Shown: positions 11,353 through 24,718, counted from the whole stretch's first letter. The stretch is 63,613 nucleotides of DNA, filler included, from Octopus bimaculoides (GCF_001194135.2; 8 parts of 8 records of this genome joined end to end with filler, not necessarily neighbours in it); one strand, 5' to 3'. The notes: generated by a model not told the origin, from the letters alone. Made by a program: numbers and translations.

Positions 11353-12789
11353 TTGCCCAAATTGATGGAATTATTCTCTCCTCGTGCCTCCCCCACCGTC
11401 AATTTAACCCCTCCACCACCACCNNNNNNNNNNNNNNNNNNNNNNNNNNNNNNNNNNNNNNNNNNNNNNNNNNNNNNNNNNNNNNNNNNNNNNNNNNNNN
11501 NNNNNNNNNNNNNNNNNNNNNNNNNNNNNNNNNNNNNNNNNNNNNNNNNNNNNNNNNNNNNNNNNNNNNNNNNNNNNNNNNNNNNNNNNNNNNNNNNNNN
11601 NNNNNNNNNNNNNNNNNNNNNNNNNNNNNNNNNNNNNNNNNNNNNNNNNNNNNNNNNNNNNNNNNNNNNNNNNNNNNNNNNNNNNNNNNNNNNNNNNNNN
11701 NNNNNNNNNNNNNNNNNNNNNNNNNNNNNNNNNNNNNNNNNNNNNNNNNNNNNNNNNNNNNNNNNNNNNNNNNNNNNNNNNNNNNNNNNNNNNNNNNNNN
11801 NNNNNNNNNNNNNNNNNNNNNNNNNNNNNNNNNNNNNNNNNNNNNNNNNNNNNNNNNNNNNNNNNNNNNNNNNNNNNNNNNNNNNNNNNNNNNNNNNNCC
11901 ATACTGTGTTGAATATATTGCGTAATTTAGACAATATTATGATTCAATAGACAGCAAGGCAGTAGATTGGAGATAAAGCACAGAGTGTAATAGCTCAAGG
12001 TATTAGATTTCCTATCTTCTGCCACCCATCACCCACTCTCCCTTCCAGTGAAGTCTGTTTTTATTGTTATTGTTATTGGTTGCTGCTGTTATATTTGCGT
12101 TTCACTTTGGCCCTGGTTGAACAGGGCTATGTTCAAGATGCTCCAGTTGTGACCATCTAGTCTTTTCTTTTGCCTTTTTTCTTTTTGTTTTTCTTTTTCA
12201 GATGATATATCTAGGACTGCATTGTCCAGTATGTCTTTCTACTTTCAAGAAAGTGGGACATAATTCAAGGAAGATTTGGCTGTTATTTCTAGCTAGCAGA
12301 TTGGGTAATTGTAGTGGCCTGTTGAGAATTTCAATGAGGTCCCAAGAAGCGTATGATTGAAGATGTGTGCATGAGTGTCAACATTGAGTGATGACATATT
12401 GAATCATTGGGCAGTTGATTTGCTTGAGTAAAGGTTGATAAATCCCATGGAACTGAACAACAACAACAACAACAACAATAACAGCAACAGCAGCAGCAAT
12501 AACAGCAACAATGCAGGAACTGACAATATGTTAAAGGCATTAAATAAGATACCTGATAATGTTCAGAGATTGGACTGAGTGAAATTTAATGAAGATACAG
12601 ATCTTAATAAACATATGCTATAAAGCTAAGTTTAATTATCTAGACAACAATAAGCATTGTCATCATCACAGTCATTGTCACCGTTGCGGCTGCCACCATT
12701 GCTGTCACTGTCATCATCATCATCGTCATCATCATCATCATCATTGTAATCATCATCATTGTCGTCGTTGTTTGTCGACATCATTATTA

Positions 12790-12997
12790 TTTTTACTCTT
12801 TTACTTGTTTCAGTCATTTGACTGCGGCCATGCTGGAGCACCGCCTTTAGTCGAGCAAATCGATCCCAGGACTTATTCTTTGGAAGCCTAGTACTTATTC
12901 TATCGAACTGTTTTGCCGAACCGCTAAGTTACAGGGATGTAAACACACCAGCATCGGTTGTCAAGCGAGGTTGGGGGGCACAAACACAGACACAAAC

Positions 12998-13038
<41 letters not shown>

Positions 13039-13205
13039 CATATATACGACGGGCTTCTTTCAGTTTCCGTCTACCAAATCCACTCACAAGGCTTTGGTCG
13101 GCCCGAGGCTATAGTAGAAGACACTTGCCCAAGGTGCCACGCAATGGGAATGAACCCAGAACCATGTGGTTGGTAAGCAAGCTACTTACCACACAGCCAC
13201 TCCTA
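12790..13205 (-). mobile_element. Full-length SINE family A
   Basis: Complete reverse copy. Confidence 0.85.
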
Positions 13206-13289
13206 ACCCTGGAAGAATAAATGGCAAAGGTGATCTGAGCAGGATTTGAACAAAAAAAGTACTCCATGCATTGAGTAGACATGTAGGGC

Positions 13290-13520
13290 ATGTGGAGGCA
13301 CATGGCTTAGAGTGTTGGACTCATGATCGTAAGATTGTGGTTTCAATTCCTGGACTGGGCAACGCATTGTGTTTTTAAGCAAGACACTTTATTTCACGTT
13401 GCTCCAGTTCACTCAGCTGGAAAAAATTGAGAAATCCTGCAACAGACCAGCATCCTGTCCAGTTGGGGAATATATACATCATGAAACTGGGAAGCTGGCT
13501 TTATGAGTCTGTATGACATG
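13290..13520 (+). mobile_element. tRNA-derived SINE family D (old copy)
   Basis: Head followed by GCAAGACACTTTATTTCACGTTGCTCCAGTTCACTCAGCTGG; homologous to 46624-46945. Confidence 0.65.
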
Positions 13521-13679
13521 AGAAGGTAACTTTACCTTCTTTTTTACACGTAGGGCACGTGGAGGTCAAATGGATATGTAGGGTAAGTGGATGACAAATG
13601 GACCTGAATGTGTGAAGTAGACATGTAGGTCAAAAGTAGGCATGGAGATCAAAATATTTGGTGATAACTGGCACTTTGT

Positions 13680-13985
13680 CAGATATGGCAAAGAGGGTTC
13701 CATTTGATCCAATCAACAGAAAAGCCAGCTCGTGAAATCAACATGCATGCAGCTGAGCACTCCACAGACGCACATACCCTTAATGTAGTCTTTAGGGAAA
13801 TTCAGTGTGACACATCAATTGTGACAAAGCTGGCCCTTCAAAAATACAGGTACAACTCATTTTTGCCAACTGCATGGAGGGAGCAATGTGAAGTAAAGTG
13901 TCTTGCTCAAGAACACAATGCAGCATCAGAAATTGAACTCACAACCTTACAACCATGAGCCAAATGCCCCAAACCACAAAGCCAC
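13680..13985 (-). mobile_element. SINE family D
   Basis: Reverse homolog of 46624-46945. Confidence 0.7.
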
Positions 13986-14624
13986 TTGTTTTACTATCTG
14001 GTGATATATATACTAGTTCTCATTGGTTTGAGCTCAAATCCTGCTCAGATCACCTTTGCCTTTTATCCTTCCAGGGTCGATAAAATAAAGCACCAGTCCA
14101 AATTAGTGTGCTAGTCGTTTGTATTCTGAGCTCTTGTGGGGTAAACTTAATCTGTCACCCAGTTTAAACCACCACCTGGTCCTTGGATGTCATTAGCAGA
14201 GTTCATTCTTTTGCAGATATTTAGATCAGGTCTACAGTTCAAAGGTAACTGCCCCTGTTTCTCCTACTGCCCCCCCTCTCTCTCTACCCCTCAACGAAGA
14301 AACTCAACGTTCAGATTCTCAACCTATTTACCCAGACAGCACAACCAACTCCCCAGCATCCCAAACATAATTAAACACCTCAACAATTCATTTCAACGAA
14401 GAAACCCTAACCATATGCTCCCAACCAGTTTACCCAGGCAGCAACACCAACCTCCAAGCAATCCCAATATAATAAATAGTAATAATAATAATAATACTGA
14501 TTTAATTAATAACAATAATAACGCTAATAATTTCTACCAACCAAATTACAGTATGACGATGACGATGACGACGACGACAAAGAAATACCTTAGGAATGAG
14601 AACCCAAGTTCAAAATTTCCCCAA

Positions 14625-14668
14625 GACACCTGAAGAAGGCTGGAGGGTATATCAGCAGAAACGTGTTA
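14625..14668 (+). ncRNA. Degenerate minimal hammerhead-like motif in a PLE-type terminal repeat (~14585-14750)
   Basis: GACAC-CTGAAGA-A-GGCTG-(10 nt loop)-CAGCA-GAAAC-GT-GTT. The core CUGANGA is intact, the stem II closing base is mutated and the cleavage-site/stem I region looks shortened. A homologous segment at 41504-41536 has CAGATGA. Confidence 0.5.
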
Positions 14669-14767
14669 ACAACAAACAAGATATGGACAAATATCCGTCG
14701 AATGTAAATAACGTAAATAATTCCTTATCTCTTAAATATAGAACTGATAGCTAATATTAGTAACAGA

Positions 14768-15610
14768 GTGTCTAAACTCTCTTCTTCCAAAGACACTTTC
14801 AAGAAAGCTGCCCCCTATTATAACAAGGCCCAAGCCAATAGTGGCTTCAAATATAAATTAATATATAATCCCTCTAATAATAATCAAAATATTAATAATA
14901 GATCTAGTGGCATCAAAAATAAAGTAATATGTAACCACTCTAGTATTAATCAGAGTAATAACAATAAGAAACCTACAAATAGGCCAAGGAAAATTATTTA
15001 GTTCACCCCTCCCTTTTCCCTTATTATAAAAACTAACATTGGTAAAAGATTCCTGTCCCTCCCAGACAAACACTTTCCAGCAACTCACAGATAAAGGAAA
15101 ATATTTAATAGGCATTCTGAGAAATTATCACATAGCTGCTGCCCCAATATGAAGAGTATCATTACACGTGGTCAATACTAAGAACTTGAATCCAGTTGCA
15201 ACTGTTGCGACCCAGGATCCTGTCCACTTGACCAACGATGTATGACTAGATCTATCATATATGAGGCAGAAGTTACTGCAACCCTAAATAATAATACAAC
15301 TGATAAGAAAACCTATACTGGATTATGTGAAGGTGAATGTAAAAATTGCTATGCCGATCACATAGCCTCCTTCTGACATTGAGACAAAAGTAAAGCTGCT
15401 AAGTTGTCTAGCTATGTATGGTCACTGAAAGATAATGAAACACCACATGTGATTAAATGGAAAGTTATTCAGAAATGTAGGCTTTCTTTAGCTGGAAGAG
15501 CGCAGATCCGGTTCAGATCTAAGATCCCTAACTCTCTACTGAACACAGGTCAGAAATTTTCAGTAGTTGCAAGCATATGTATAAATATATTTTGAAGAAT
15601 TGGAAAATTC
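14768..15610 (+). mobile_element. Penelope-like element, RT thumb plus GIY-YIG endonuclease, degenerate
   Basis: SKLSSSKDTFKKAAPYYNKAQANSGF...RKII*FTPPFS...TNIGKRFL...CNCCDPGSCPLDQRCMTRSIIYEAEV...KTYTGLCEGE...LSSYVWSLKD...IKW; contains stops and frameshifts. Confidence 0.9.
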
Positions 15611-16814
15611 TGCCTCTTCCTGACTAACTCGATATTTTTCCAGCCTTACCTTTTAAGGTCTAAGAAGGATAGCACTTAGTTTTTGAGTTTTTGTTTTCCA
15701 TTTTTCATTTTCCATGTTTCTTCTATTATTCAATTTTCTTTAGTTCGTTATGATATGTGGTTTGTGCCTGCAGAATATGCTTGGGTATTTCTCAACATAT
15801 GGAACTATTAGTAGCACTTGAATACATGCATTGTGCCCTTTAAATGAATTANNNNNNNNNNNNNNNNNNNNNNNNNNNNNNNNNNNNNNNNNNNNNNNNN
15901 NNNNNNNNNNNNNNNNNNNNNNNNNNNNNNNNNNNNNNNNNNNNNNNNNNNACTTGCAGACAATGTATTCCGTCGATTAATCTGTTTATTTTATAACTAA
16001 ATTGACAAAAACCACAATCCAGATACTTATGACATACCATGTTATATTAAGAATTAAGGTTACAAATATAAAGGACATTTAGCAATTGGAGATATATATA
16101 TATATATGCACATACACTCAAATACATATGTGTGTGCGTATATGTGTGTATATGCAAAAACGTATAATTACACATCTACACACATATTCATATAAATATA
16201 CATAAGTGTTTATGCACAACACTTACGCATATAACTGTGCATGTGTGCGCGCGTACATGATTCCACGTATGTGTGTTTCCGCGATCACATGCAGCACTGC
16301 AAGCTAGTTGTTAAATCAGAGCCCAATCAGTATCAGAGATAACTTGGCATCTTATCGCAATACTTTGCAAAATTTATTATTACTGATCTCTAAGAGAACT
16401 GTGCACATTCACAACACGTTATATTGGAATAGCCGTCAGATGAAGTAATGGCAAAGGGCAGACGTTGACTGATATATAAGATTTCGTACATATAGATAGA
16501 TGCTTCCATATTTATAAACATACACGCGCGCGCATATTTGCCTTCCTTTTTGACTTTCTGTTGGGATGTACGTGTATGGATGTATGTATACATACATACA
16601 TACATGCATATATAAAATTTCATTGGTCTAGAGTTAGGTGAGGTCAGCAACTAGTGTTTGCATGTTGTTATTATATGGTGATTTTGAGTTGCGGTTCCGA
16701 AACCCGGGTGGAATACTGTTAGTAGAGTTTTTAACATTGTTGTATCTGGTTGGTATTTTTTTGTGGAGAAATTGAGCCTTCTTCCTTTTTCTCTTTAGTG
16801 TTTTTTCTTCTCTC

Positions 16815-17275
<461 letters not shown>

Positions 17276-18390
17276 AAAAAGAAAAGAAGAATGTATATAT
17301 GCATATAATTAATATACATATGTATATTTATAGATATACACTAATATGCATATACATATAATCATATAGATAGATTGTGTATTTGTGCGTGTGGGTTGAA
17401 GTGTGTGTGTGTGTGTGTGTGTGTGTGTCTTCGTGTCTGTGTTTCTCTATGTATATATATATACATATGTATNNNNNNNNNNNNNNNNNNNNNNNNNNNN
17501 NNNNNNNNNNNNNNNNNNNNNNNNNNNNNNNNNNNNNNNNNNNNNNNNNNNNNNNNNNNNNNNNNNNNNNNNNNNNNNNNNNNNNNNNNNNNNNNNNNNN
17601 NNNNNNNNNNNNNNNNNNNNNNNNNNNNNNNNNNNNNNNNNNNNNNNNNNNNNNNNNNNNNNNNNNNNNNNNNNNNNNNNNNNNNNNNNNNNNNNNNNNN
17701 NNNNNNNNNNNNNNNNNNNNNNNNNNNNNNNNNNNNNNNNNNNNNNNNNNNNNNNNNNNNNNNNNNNNNNNNNNNNNNNNNNNNNNNNNNNNNNNNNTAT
17801 ATGAACATATGTGCGTGGATTGTGCGTGGATTGTGCGTGGCGTTTTGCCGTCATGCATTTCTCAGTTGACGTCTCAGTCTGTCAGACAAGAACAAAAGCT
17901 ATTGGTTAAGATGTTTGCGTGTTTTAAATACATAGTGTTACCTATTGAATGTATGTGTGTGTGTGTGTGTGTGTGTGTTTGTGTGTTCGTTTATTTGTAT
18001 GTTTATTTGTTTGTTTGTTTGCTTGTTTGTTTGTTTGTTTGTGTGTGTGTTTGTGCGTGATGGGGTGGGGTCTGTGGAAATTCTTACTTCGTCGCAGCTA
18101 CCGCACGATATCTTAAGGCAACATTACTCCTCATAAAAAATACTATGACTCATATATTTACCGAAAGAAACTAACAACACGAGTTTTGTAAATGATTACT
18201 AAATCATCAACATGACCGAGATAAAGTCATTACACAGACAAAATTTTAGTCAAATAAATCTCTGACAAATCTTCATGGTGGCCAAACGTTCATACACACA
18301 CATTTCACATAGTGAAAACTTCAAAATAATCCTAACTATCTTTGCAGGAAAACGAAATACTTAAGCATAATTACGTTTTAACTCTTTCAG

Positions 18391-18458
18391 AACCTCAAAT
18401 TGGGAGCAACTCACAAGGAACGCAGGACCACGTGAGGTTCATACATGAACACGAAGTG
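18391..18458 (+). CDS. Candidate isolated exon (phase 1 to 0), unassigned
   Basis: Acceptor ttttaactctttcag, donor GTG|gtatga; only one frame is open (PQIGSNSQGTQDHVRFIHEHEV). No linked exons were established. Confidence 0.25.
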
Positions 18459-18685
18459 GTATGAGAAATTCAGTTGTAGCCAGTATTTTTTTCATGTAAT
18501 ATTCTGTTGTCTCATAGATTTCTCTCCTTTTCAGCCTTTCCCTTGAAGACAGTGGATTGTCCAATACGGTGGATTTTCTCTTCGCTCTTACAGCAAGTTC
18601 AGTGTATTCTCTTTATCGATTTTACTATATTATATAAGTCTTGCCGACGCAGACCAATACCAGCCTATTTGCAGTCTGTTTGTAC

Positions 18686-18730
<45 letters not shown>

Positions 18731-18999
18731 CATACATACATACATACATACATACATACATACATACATACATAGCTGGATGGATGGATGGATGGATGGC
18801 TAGATACATTTCTTTTATTAGCCACACAGGGCTCAACGAAGATGGGACAAATACAGTGTAGAGCTTTTCTTTTTGGGAGGGGGAAGGAANNNNNNNNNNN
18901 NNNNNNNNNNNNNNNNNNNNNNNNNNNNNNNNNTTAATTAATTAANNNNNNNNNNNNNNNNNNNNNNNNNNNNNNNNNNNNNNNNNNNNCGTATGGGTG

Positions 19000-19490
19000 T
19001 GTAGATAAGAAGCTCACTTTGCAACGATGTGGTTCCGGATTCAATCCTACCTCATGGCACCGCGAGAATGTATCTTCTAAGGCCGGGTCGTTCAACGACT
19101 TACGAGTCAATTCAGTGGAAACTGCGTGAATAGCCGTTGAACACTTACACACACACAGATATATAGGGGCAGGCGTGTTCAATCCACCGCGTGACACATT
19201 GGGCAAGCTTTACCTACTATAGCTTCGGGCCGACCAAAGCCTTGTGAGTAGATTTGGTAGACGGAAACTGAAAGAAGCCCATCGTATATATGTGTGCGTG
19301 TGTTTGTCTGTCTGCTTCTTCCCCACCACCGCTTGACAGCCGGTATTGGTGTGTTTATTTCCCCGTAACTTAGCGTTTCGACAAAAGACAGATACCAATT
19401 GAATAAGTATCAAGATTTTTAAAAAGTACTAGGATCGTTACATTCGACTGAAAATTCTTCATTCGAATGAGTGAAGCAAGTAAAAGATGA
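19000..19490 (+). mobile_element. Two partial, diverged SINE A copies
   Basis: Head motifs repeated at ~19000 and ~19170, with the 3' half following. Confidence 0.65.
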
Positions 19491-21003
19491 AATATATATA
19501 CCGCTGAACATGGTTATTTAAGTATTTCTTAATCTTATCACTTTTTATAATTGTTCTTCCTAACATAATTCACCAGATGAACAGTGACAAAGATTTATAA
19601 AATTCTTTATTAGATTTGTGCCAGACCAAATGATTTCTATCAGGGTATAGCATTCAATGAATAAAGAACTTCGTATATATATATATATATATGTATATGT
19701 ATATAAATATTATATGATTTATATGCGGTCTTTGGAACAATGAGGTGCTATATTTAGACGGTTTGTGTCTGTGTGTAGATACGTTTGCTGGAACACTTGG
19801 AATGATATACTCTTTTACTCTTTTACTTGTTTCAGTCATTTGACTGCGGCTATGCTGGAGCACCGCCTTTATTAATATGAATTATTTTTTTAACAGTTTG
19901 TATCAGTGAAATAGAGCTCAATCGATAGAGCACTCGAAAGTGTAGAGATGTCTTTTTACACAGTCTGTGCCAGTGTGTAGAGTTTATTCAGTCTGAATAT
20001 TTTGAACAAGTATATAAAGATATTTATTTTATGCATTTGTGTATTTTATATCGGTGTCAGTGTACAGAGCTCATTCAACGGAACACTTTAAATGGAGGTA
20101 GCAATGTTATTTTTAAGATTTGAAAGATATAAAAAATGTCCTTAGAATATTTCTGAAGAAAGCTACAAACACTAAGATAGTCGTAGAAAAAAATTTTAGA
20201 ATTTTTTTTTTCCAAAAATTCAATTTCACGCTAAATTGAATGAATAAATGAACAATTCCAAAAATGAATATATAAATGAATAAAAATGTAAATAAATGAA
20301 AATGTAAATAAAAATTTTGAGCAGTTCAATAATTTTTTGCAGATGATGCAGCGCAAACATTTAGTGACAGATGTATTTTGTGAAAATACAAAATGGCGGC
20401 TTTGCTAACCAACTGCAAATAGCTTAGAAATGTTTGAGCGTCAAGGGGCGGAACTAGTAGTCGTTTACGCTTCAAGATTCCAAGATTTACTCGGATGATG
20501 TATGTACACAGAACAACTAATTGAATCTACAAATCTCAGATAAATTTCTTTTAAATTGTACTTGTCATTCCATTAATCGTCACAAATATTTTTATTTATT
20601 GCTTTCTAGGAAACATAAAAAAAAACAGCAACATCAAAATCAACAAAAACAACGAGCAAGTTCTTATTTTGCCAGAAGACCGACGTATGAGGGAATCTTA
20701 TATGAACAAATTATTAAATCGGTAGGGATAGAGGAGAATCGAATATTTATAATCAGGTATTTAAGAATGCAGTATAAAAGGAAAAGGAATGAAACGTCAC
20801 AACAGAGGCTACCCTTACTCCCAGCAGTGGCCAACGAGCATGAGAGCTACATTCCGGCATTTTCGACCTTTTCAAAGGCGCGTACTCGCAGTTAGCCACA
20901 TGTTCAGACTGGAATATATCAGGCGATGACGAAATACACCAGGTGATATTCTGGACGATGCCGGGCGAAATCTTCGTTTCTCCCTCTGATATTTTTGGCG
21001 TTT

Positions 21004-21054
21004 TTAACACAGCACGTCCATAAAATATGTTACTTCAGGACAAATACCTAGGTA
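21004..21054 (-). CDS. Probable terminal exon of the minus-strand galectin-like gene (YLGICPEVTYFMDVLC*)
   Basis: Phase 0 after ctgcag, matching the upstream exon. Gives LTDIK|YLGI, resembling galectin C-terminal L.EI..LGI. AATAAA on the minus strand at 20595-20600. The polypyrimidine tract is weak. Confidence 0.45.
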   Translation of the reverse strand, partial: YLGICPEVTYFMDVLC

Positions 21055-21187
21055 CTGCAGTAACTGGCATATTGACAGTGTGTACACATTAAATATACAT
21101 TAACTTCAGTGGTGCATACCGGATATATACATATATACATATGTGTGTGTGTTTTGTGTGTGTTTTGTGTGTGCGTGCATGTGTATG

Positions 21188-21220
<33 letters not shown>

Positions 21221-22194
21221 TTCCTTCCTAAAGACAAGACAAGACGTTTCCTTCCTAAAGACAAGATCTGTCACTTCTCAAAGTTCGTTTTTCCAGCGTT
21301 CACCTCTTCACATCGCCTTGGCTTAACAGCCCTCACCGTTTGCTTTTACTATTTTGTTCTTACCGTCCTGTTTTTGTTACCACTTTCACCCTCCGCAAAA
21401 AATCCCAAATTTTATTTAATTTGCTTTGCAGAGAGGACTGTTTCAACGAAGTCTCGTCTTGTCCTTACCTTCGAAACGCGGAGTAGATAAACGAGGGAAC
21501 AACTGTTGAAGGAAATGTTCTTTATGTTGCATGTCTCGTTTCTCTGTTTGTTTGTTTTTTTCCGTTCTTCGAAAATTGTCCGTTTTCTATGCTTTTATTT
21601 TTTATGTTCTTGTTTCTCATTGTCTACGCTTTTTTGATTCCCTGTACCCATATATGAATGTATATATACATATATATATAGGTATGTACATATGCATATA
21701 TTTATATATTATTTATATTATTATATGTATATGTACGTATATATAAGTTTCTATACGCAACAATCACTTTAGTAATAAAGAGAAGAAGCTACTTACAAAC
21801 ATCTTGTCATGATGGACTATCAAATCCAGACATATAACAAAAAAAGCAATAATAAAACAACAACACAAAAATAGAGGAAGTGAGTAATATCCTTATTGAA
21901 ATTAATAAAGAAAAGAATATAATTAAACAGAGATCAAGGAAACATTATAGGAATATAATATAAAAATGAATTATCTAATATCAAAGCAGGCTTGAGTCTA
22001 GAAATACTTTTTAAATCACAGATAATCCGTTGTTATGAAAAACGGAAACGGTATCAGTTCTTTCAGAAAAACAAACGGCTTGATTCCGATACAAAATGAT
22101 TTTATCAAGAAAAATTAGATAAAGATAGAATAAAATAGAATTAATCAAAAGTATAGCAGGATTAGCAAGAGGAGAGAACAAAATTTAGGTGGAT

Positions 22195-22508
22195 CGTGTT
22201 GATGGCACTCCGTCGCTTACGACGTCGAGGGTTCCAGTTGATCCGATCAACGGAACAGCCTGCTCGTGAAATTAACGTGCAAATGGCTGAGCACTCCACA
22301 GACACGTGTACCCTTAACGTAGTTCTCGGGGATATTCAGATTGACACAGTGTGACATGGCTGGTCCTTTGAATTACAGGCACAACAGAAACAGGAAGTAA
22401 GATTGAGAGAAAGTTGTGGTGAAAGAGTACAGCAGGGTTCGCCACCATCCCCTGCCGGAGCCTCGTTGAGCTTTAGGTGTTTTCGCTCAATAAACACTCA
22501 CAACGCCC
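22195..22508 (-). mobile_element. SINE family D, 3' part
   Basis: Reverse of ..GTTAATTTCACGAGCAGGCTGTTCCGTTGATCGGATCAACTGGAACCCTCG..; homologous to 46850-46945. Confidence 0.8.
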
Positions 22509-22584
22509 NNNNNNNNNNGTGGATCGTGAGAAGATGCTAAAACTCAGTACCACGACGACCAACAATGACATCAACAACAACAGT

Positions 22585-22811
22585 AATCGTAATAATCTTT
22601 TCTACTAAAGGCACAAGGGCTGAAATTTGTGGGAGGAGGGACAGTCGATCACATCGACCCGTGTTTAGCGGGTACTTATTGTATCGACCTCGAAAGGATG
22701 AAAGGCAAAGTCGACCTCGGCGGAATTCGAACTTAGAAAGTGAAGACGAATGAAATACCGCCAAGCATTTCGCCTGGCGTGCTAACGATTCTACCAGATC
22801 GCCGCTTCAAC

Positions 22812-22845
<34 letters not shown>

Positions 22846-23070
22846 GTAATAATCCTTTCTACTAAAGGTACAAGGTCTGAAATTTTGTGGGTGGGGACTA
22901 GCCTATGTAACCGGCCCCAAGTGTTCCATTGGTACTTAATTTATCGACCCCGGAAAAAAGAAAGACACAGTCGACTTCGGTGGAATTTGAACTCAGAATG
23001 TAAAGACGAGCAAGAAAGCGAAAAGCATCTTGCCCGGAGTGCTAACAATTTTGCAAGCTTGCCACCTTGA
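22585..23070 (-). mobile_element. Two head-to-tail SINE family C copies separated by (AAT)n
   Basis: Each has the reverse of GAGTTC(A/G)AATTCC(G/A)CCGA(G/A)GTCGACT..(G/T)CCTTTC.T..TT(T/C)CG.GGTCGAT; homologous to 60958-61170. Confidence 0.8.
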
Positions 23071-23411
23071 CAACAATAGCAATAATAAACCTGATAACTG
23101 TAAGGGACCAAGGAATACTAAAATCCCAAACGTCAAATTTTGCATTCAACAAATATACATGGAGGTACAGGCATAGCTGTGTGGCTGAGAAGGTCTCAAG
23201 TGTGTTCCTCTGGAGCAACGGGCCAAACCGATTTCTTGTAAGCGAAGCTTGTGAGTGAATTTGCTGAAAGGAGACTGTGTGGAATGCCGTCAGTTATATA
23301 TATATATATATNNNNNNNNNNNNNNNNNNNNNNNNNNNNNNNNNNNNNNNNNNNNTTAATTAATTAANNNNNNNNNNNNNNNNNNNNNNNNNNNNNNNNN
23401 NNNNNNNNNNN

Positions 23412-23529
23412 ACACTTTCAATACAGTAAACATAAAAGCACCACAGCAAACCACAGCACATACCCAAGGCGCACAGAGCTGCGCTCGGTAGTGAAGTGAA
23501 AGCACGTTATAAAAATAAAACTACTGAAC

Positions 23530-23616
<87 letters not shown>

Positions 23617-23626
23617 AAGAAGAAGA
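23412..23626 (+). mobile_element. Second copy of the R4/Dong 3' end with (AAT)n then (AAG)n
   Basis: Near-identical to 8031-8147; the 5' part is lost in a gap. Confidence 0.8.
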
Positions 23627-24533
23627 AATGCCAAATATAGCTACTCAGGGACAAGCCAGTAGAACATAGAGGAGACTAAGCGCTTGAAAGAATACCGAAA
23701 ACTTGTGGATAACTAAGGTTACCGGTAGTAACCCGTTACCCACATAAATTCTACCAGGAATAAAACCGAACTTGAGTCAAACCAAAAATAATAGTTCTTT
23801 CTCATATAGGGACAAGTTCTGAAATTTTGGTGGGCGGGAATCGTTTTGATTATTCTCATCCCGAAATATAATGAAAATACTTCAAAAAATTGATGAAGAA
23901 AATCAAAACTCAGTGATAATATATTGATATAATCAGAATATTTAATGGGAAATATGTTTGGTGAATACAAGTTTTAGCCGTCAATAACCCACACTCTTCC
24001 AGATTCAATTTGCTAATAATGCAGCACCCATAATGCTCAAAAGTAATTTCCGGTGTTTATTAACCCCTTGGATAGCTACATGTACCCCCTAGGGGTCAAT
24101 ACTGACCAAAGTGCTGACCACTGATATAGTGAATGAGCACTTTAGGATGGGTGAAAGCGTAAAAACCAAAAAAAAAAAAAATCCCCCAAAATAAACAATT
24201 TCAGATGACACCTTGGAGTTGCCACAGATACCTGATACCATGCTGTCCTCAAGAAGACCCGTCATCCACAGCAGAAATGGTAAGGTTGATCCATTTGATG
24301 AAGAGGATTGTCCTGCAAGAGTCATGTGCCTGCACCACCTAAAACTGATCATGCTGTTGACATGTTCAAAGCACCCAGCACACACTGTAAAGTGGTTGGT
24401 GTTAGAAAGGGTATCCAGCTGGAGAAACCAGACCAAATCAGACTGGAATGCCGACAATAAAACCAAAATTCCTGTTTTTTTTCCTGCAGCAGACAAACTC
24501 ATCAAAAGTTAGGAAACAACTCAAGTGTCTTAC

Positions 24534-24718
24534 CTTGATGTCAGTCAAGACCGAAGGGTTCCACAAAAAACTGTAAAACATCACAGACATGGGCCTCTTT
24601 TCAATGGCGAGCGAGAAATCGTTTCCTCTGTTCCAATAATTCTTTTTACGGTAAATTTGTAACATGAATTTCTCGTCCTTCAGCTTGGCGTCAAATCCGA
24701 CTTTCTTGCTAGGATCTT
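24534..24718 (-). CDS. Internal exon (phase 1 to 0) of the minus-strand gene, galectin-like region
   Basis: Strong acceptor tactttctcttttacag and donor AAG|gtaaga. 185 nt open frame DPSKKVGFDAKLKDEKFMLQIYRKKNYWNRGNDFSLAIEKRPMSVMFYSFLWNPSVLTDIK. Confidence 0.8.

Noticed and set aside
12447-12578. 43-aa Asn/Ser-rich ORF (MELNNNNN...)
   Set aside because: Driven by (AAC)n/(AGC)n, with no splice support or recognisable domain.
24205-24279. Plus-strand exon-like segment (tttcag...ATG|gtaagg)
   Set aside because: It runs into a diverged retroposon tail, two frames are open and there is no partner exon.
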